This document shows, in pieces, positions 62,579-64,000 of a DNA stretch of 64,000 nt. A program made the translations under genes and the position numbers. Position 1 is the stretch's first letter. Each line of letters opens with the position of its first letter. This stretch comes from a virus, in the IMG/VR virus record IMGVR_UViG_3300043398_000057; one strand, given 5' to 3'. The notes beneath the pieces were generated by a model. It ran no database searches. It saw nothing but the letters and a program-made list of their open reading frames with translations, and was not told the origin of the DNA.

Positions 62579-64000
62579 ATGCCAATTCCATCATTTACTT
62601 TGCGGCACATTGCCGCCGCTGCCCGTAAACTCATTCAAACAACAATTGCACATGGTATTAACGTTGCCCGTCCGGACTACTTTTCATCATTTGGTATGGA
62701 GGCTCAACCAGTTATCACAGCATTGAACAATACGCCAAACTTGAATGCTCAAGGGTGGCAGATTATTCCTGCTGGTGGTGGATCAGCATAGCTTCCTGTT
62801 GTTAATGAGACTGACTGGATGAAACCCCGTCCCGGTCGGTACGTTATTACTGTTCCGCCAGGACTTGCGTGTAGACTTGAAGTAAACGGTTCCGTTGTTG
62901 CCCCGCAGGGTTCGGCAGTAACGAGTGTTCAATCTACTGTAACCCCGGCTGGTCAATTTACTTGGTCCGGTGCCAATAGTGATACAAGACCAAGTGGAAC
63001 CACACCAATTAGAATTGAATTTGACTACTCAGGTCGCCCGGGTGATACAACAGTTGGTCAGGAAGGAATTTTCTGGCAAAATGGTACCGGACTACTTCTT
63101 TCGGTTCGTAGCACTGATGGTGTTGCACATTCTTTTAGCGAAATCAAGTTTTACCATATTGACGATGAAGCTGATGTTTTGGCTGGTAATAGATGGTCGC
63201 AGTGGGCTATTAACTACTATACACCATCAAATCCTAAAGCCCCGCTACGCTTGCTTGAATTGACGTATCCTATGCAACGATGGGTTTCAGAACCATCTCA
63301 TATTCCTGCTGCTGATTATGTTGGACCAACGAGCCCAAATTTTCAAACATCTGGTACAACAATTTCTGCTCATGCTACACAAAAAAGCCGACTATATTCG
63401 CCAGAATCTTAGGCAGAGTTTGGTAATAGGGCAAACAGAGATATTTGGGTTTGTTTGTGGCCTATGGCAACGGATGAAACATTGACACACTTTTTTAATC
63501 GTCTTTTTGCTGCGTTGAATCCAAATCTAAAAGTTTATGTCGAGTTTTCAAACGAGTGGTGGAACGGAGCTTTCCTGCAAAATAGCTATTACCTTGAGAA
63601 CCAATACACAACAGCATTCAACAGCGGAAACGCAAATTCCAACAAGTCTCGCGAACGTGGATTGAACACTGCTCATGGAAGTCTTCGTTCATGGGCCATT
63701 GCAGAATCAATTTTTGGTCGTAGTCGTGTTGTTCGAGTGTGCAACGCGCAGGGCGGTTATTACGATATGAGTCGTCATTTCTACGAGTTTGTCGATCCCG
63801 GGTTTATCCAATCTGGTGCGCGTGCCGGTGATCTGTGCGACTATATCACGATGGCTGGTTATTTTTATCGTACCACTGATGAACAACTTTCTTCTACATG
63901 GTCAAGTCTTTCACTTCCCGGGGTCGCACCACAAAGAAATACTGACACACTCGGACCAAATTTTACCAAGAAATTTTATCTTCGTTCAATGTTTATCAAC
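62579..64000 (+). CDS. tail-associated glycoside-hydrolase-like protein, two in-frame TAG, runs off window
   Basis: PES*AEFGN..DIWV..A.D..L.PNLKVYVEFSNEWWN; TAGs 62789 and 63410. Confidence 0.65.

Noticed and set aside
4699-64000. TAG = Gln (genetic code 15)
   Set aside because: Informative columns (GH19, NrdB, ThyX, UvsW, DUF5664, gp5) are Leu or hydrophobic, and the CUA tRNA has a Leu-type body with a long variable arm and A73. Only the HNH and dCMP deaminase sites would also suit Gln.

Overview
A 64-kb segment of a large T4-like (myovirus) phage genome. About 1-55 kb is read mostly on the minus strand. It holds gp46/gp47, gp33, RNase H, PhoH, RNA ligase 1, DNA ligase, baseplate genes (gp5/gp27-like/gp53/gp48), ThyX, a tRNA cluster, an Alt-like ADP-ribosyltransferase, NrdAB, primase, UvsW/UvsY, gp3, PAAR and gp55, plus a long block of small early genes behind repeated sigma70 promoters. 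From 55.5 kb, plus-strand tail fibre/tailspike genes follow. Main result: the phage appears to use an alternative genetic code in which TAG is read as leucine, not the TAG=Gln code usually described in phages. I found 25 in-frame TAG codons in 19 otherwise intact genes, many at conserved Leu or hydrophobic positions, and none of the real genes I checked ends in TAG. The tRNA cluster carries a Leu-type tRNA with a CUA anticodon that looks like a duplicate of the phage's own tRNA-Leu(CAA). The TAGs are concentrated near gene starts, in the late sigma factor and in the endolysin, and are absent from the early-gene block, which suggests a translational timing gate. Annotations come from motif recognition by eye; no database searches were run.
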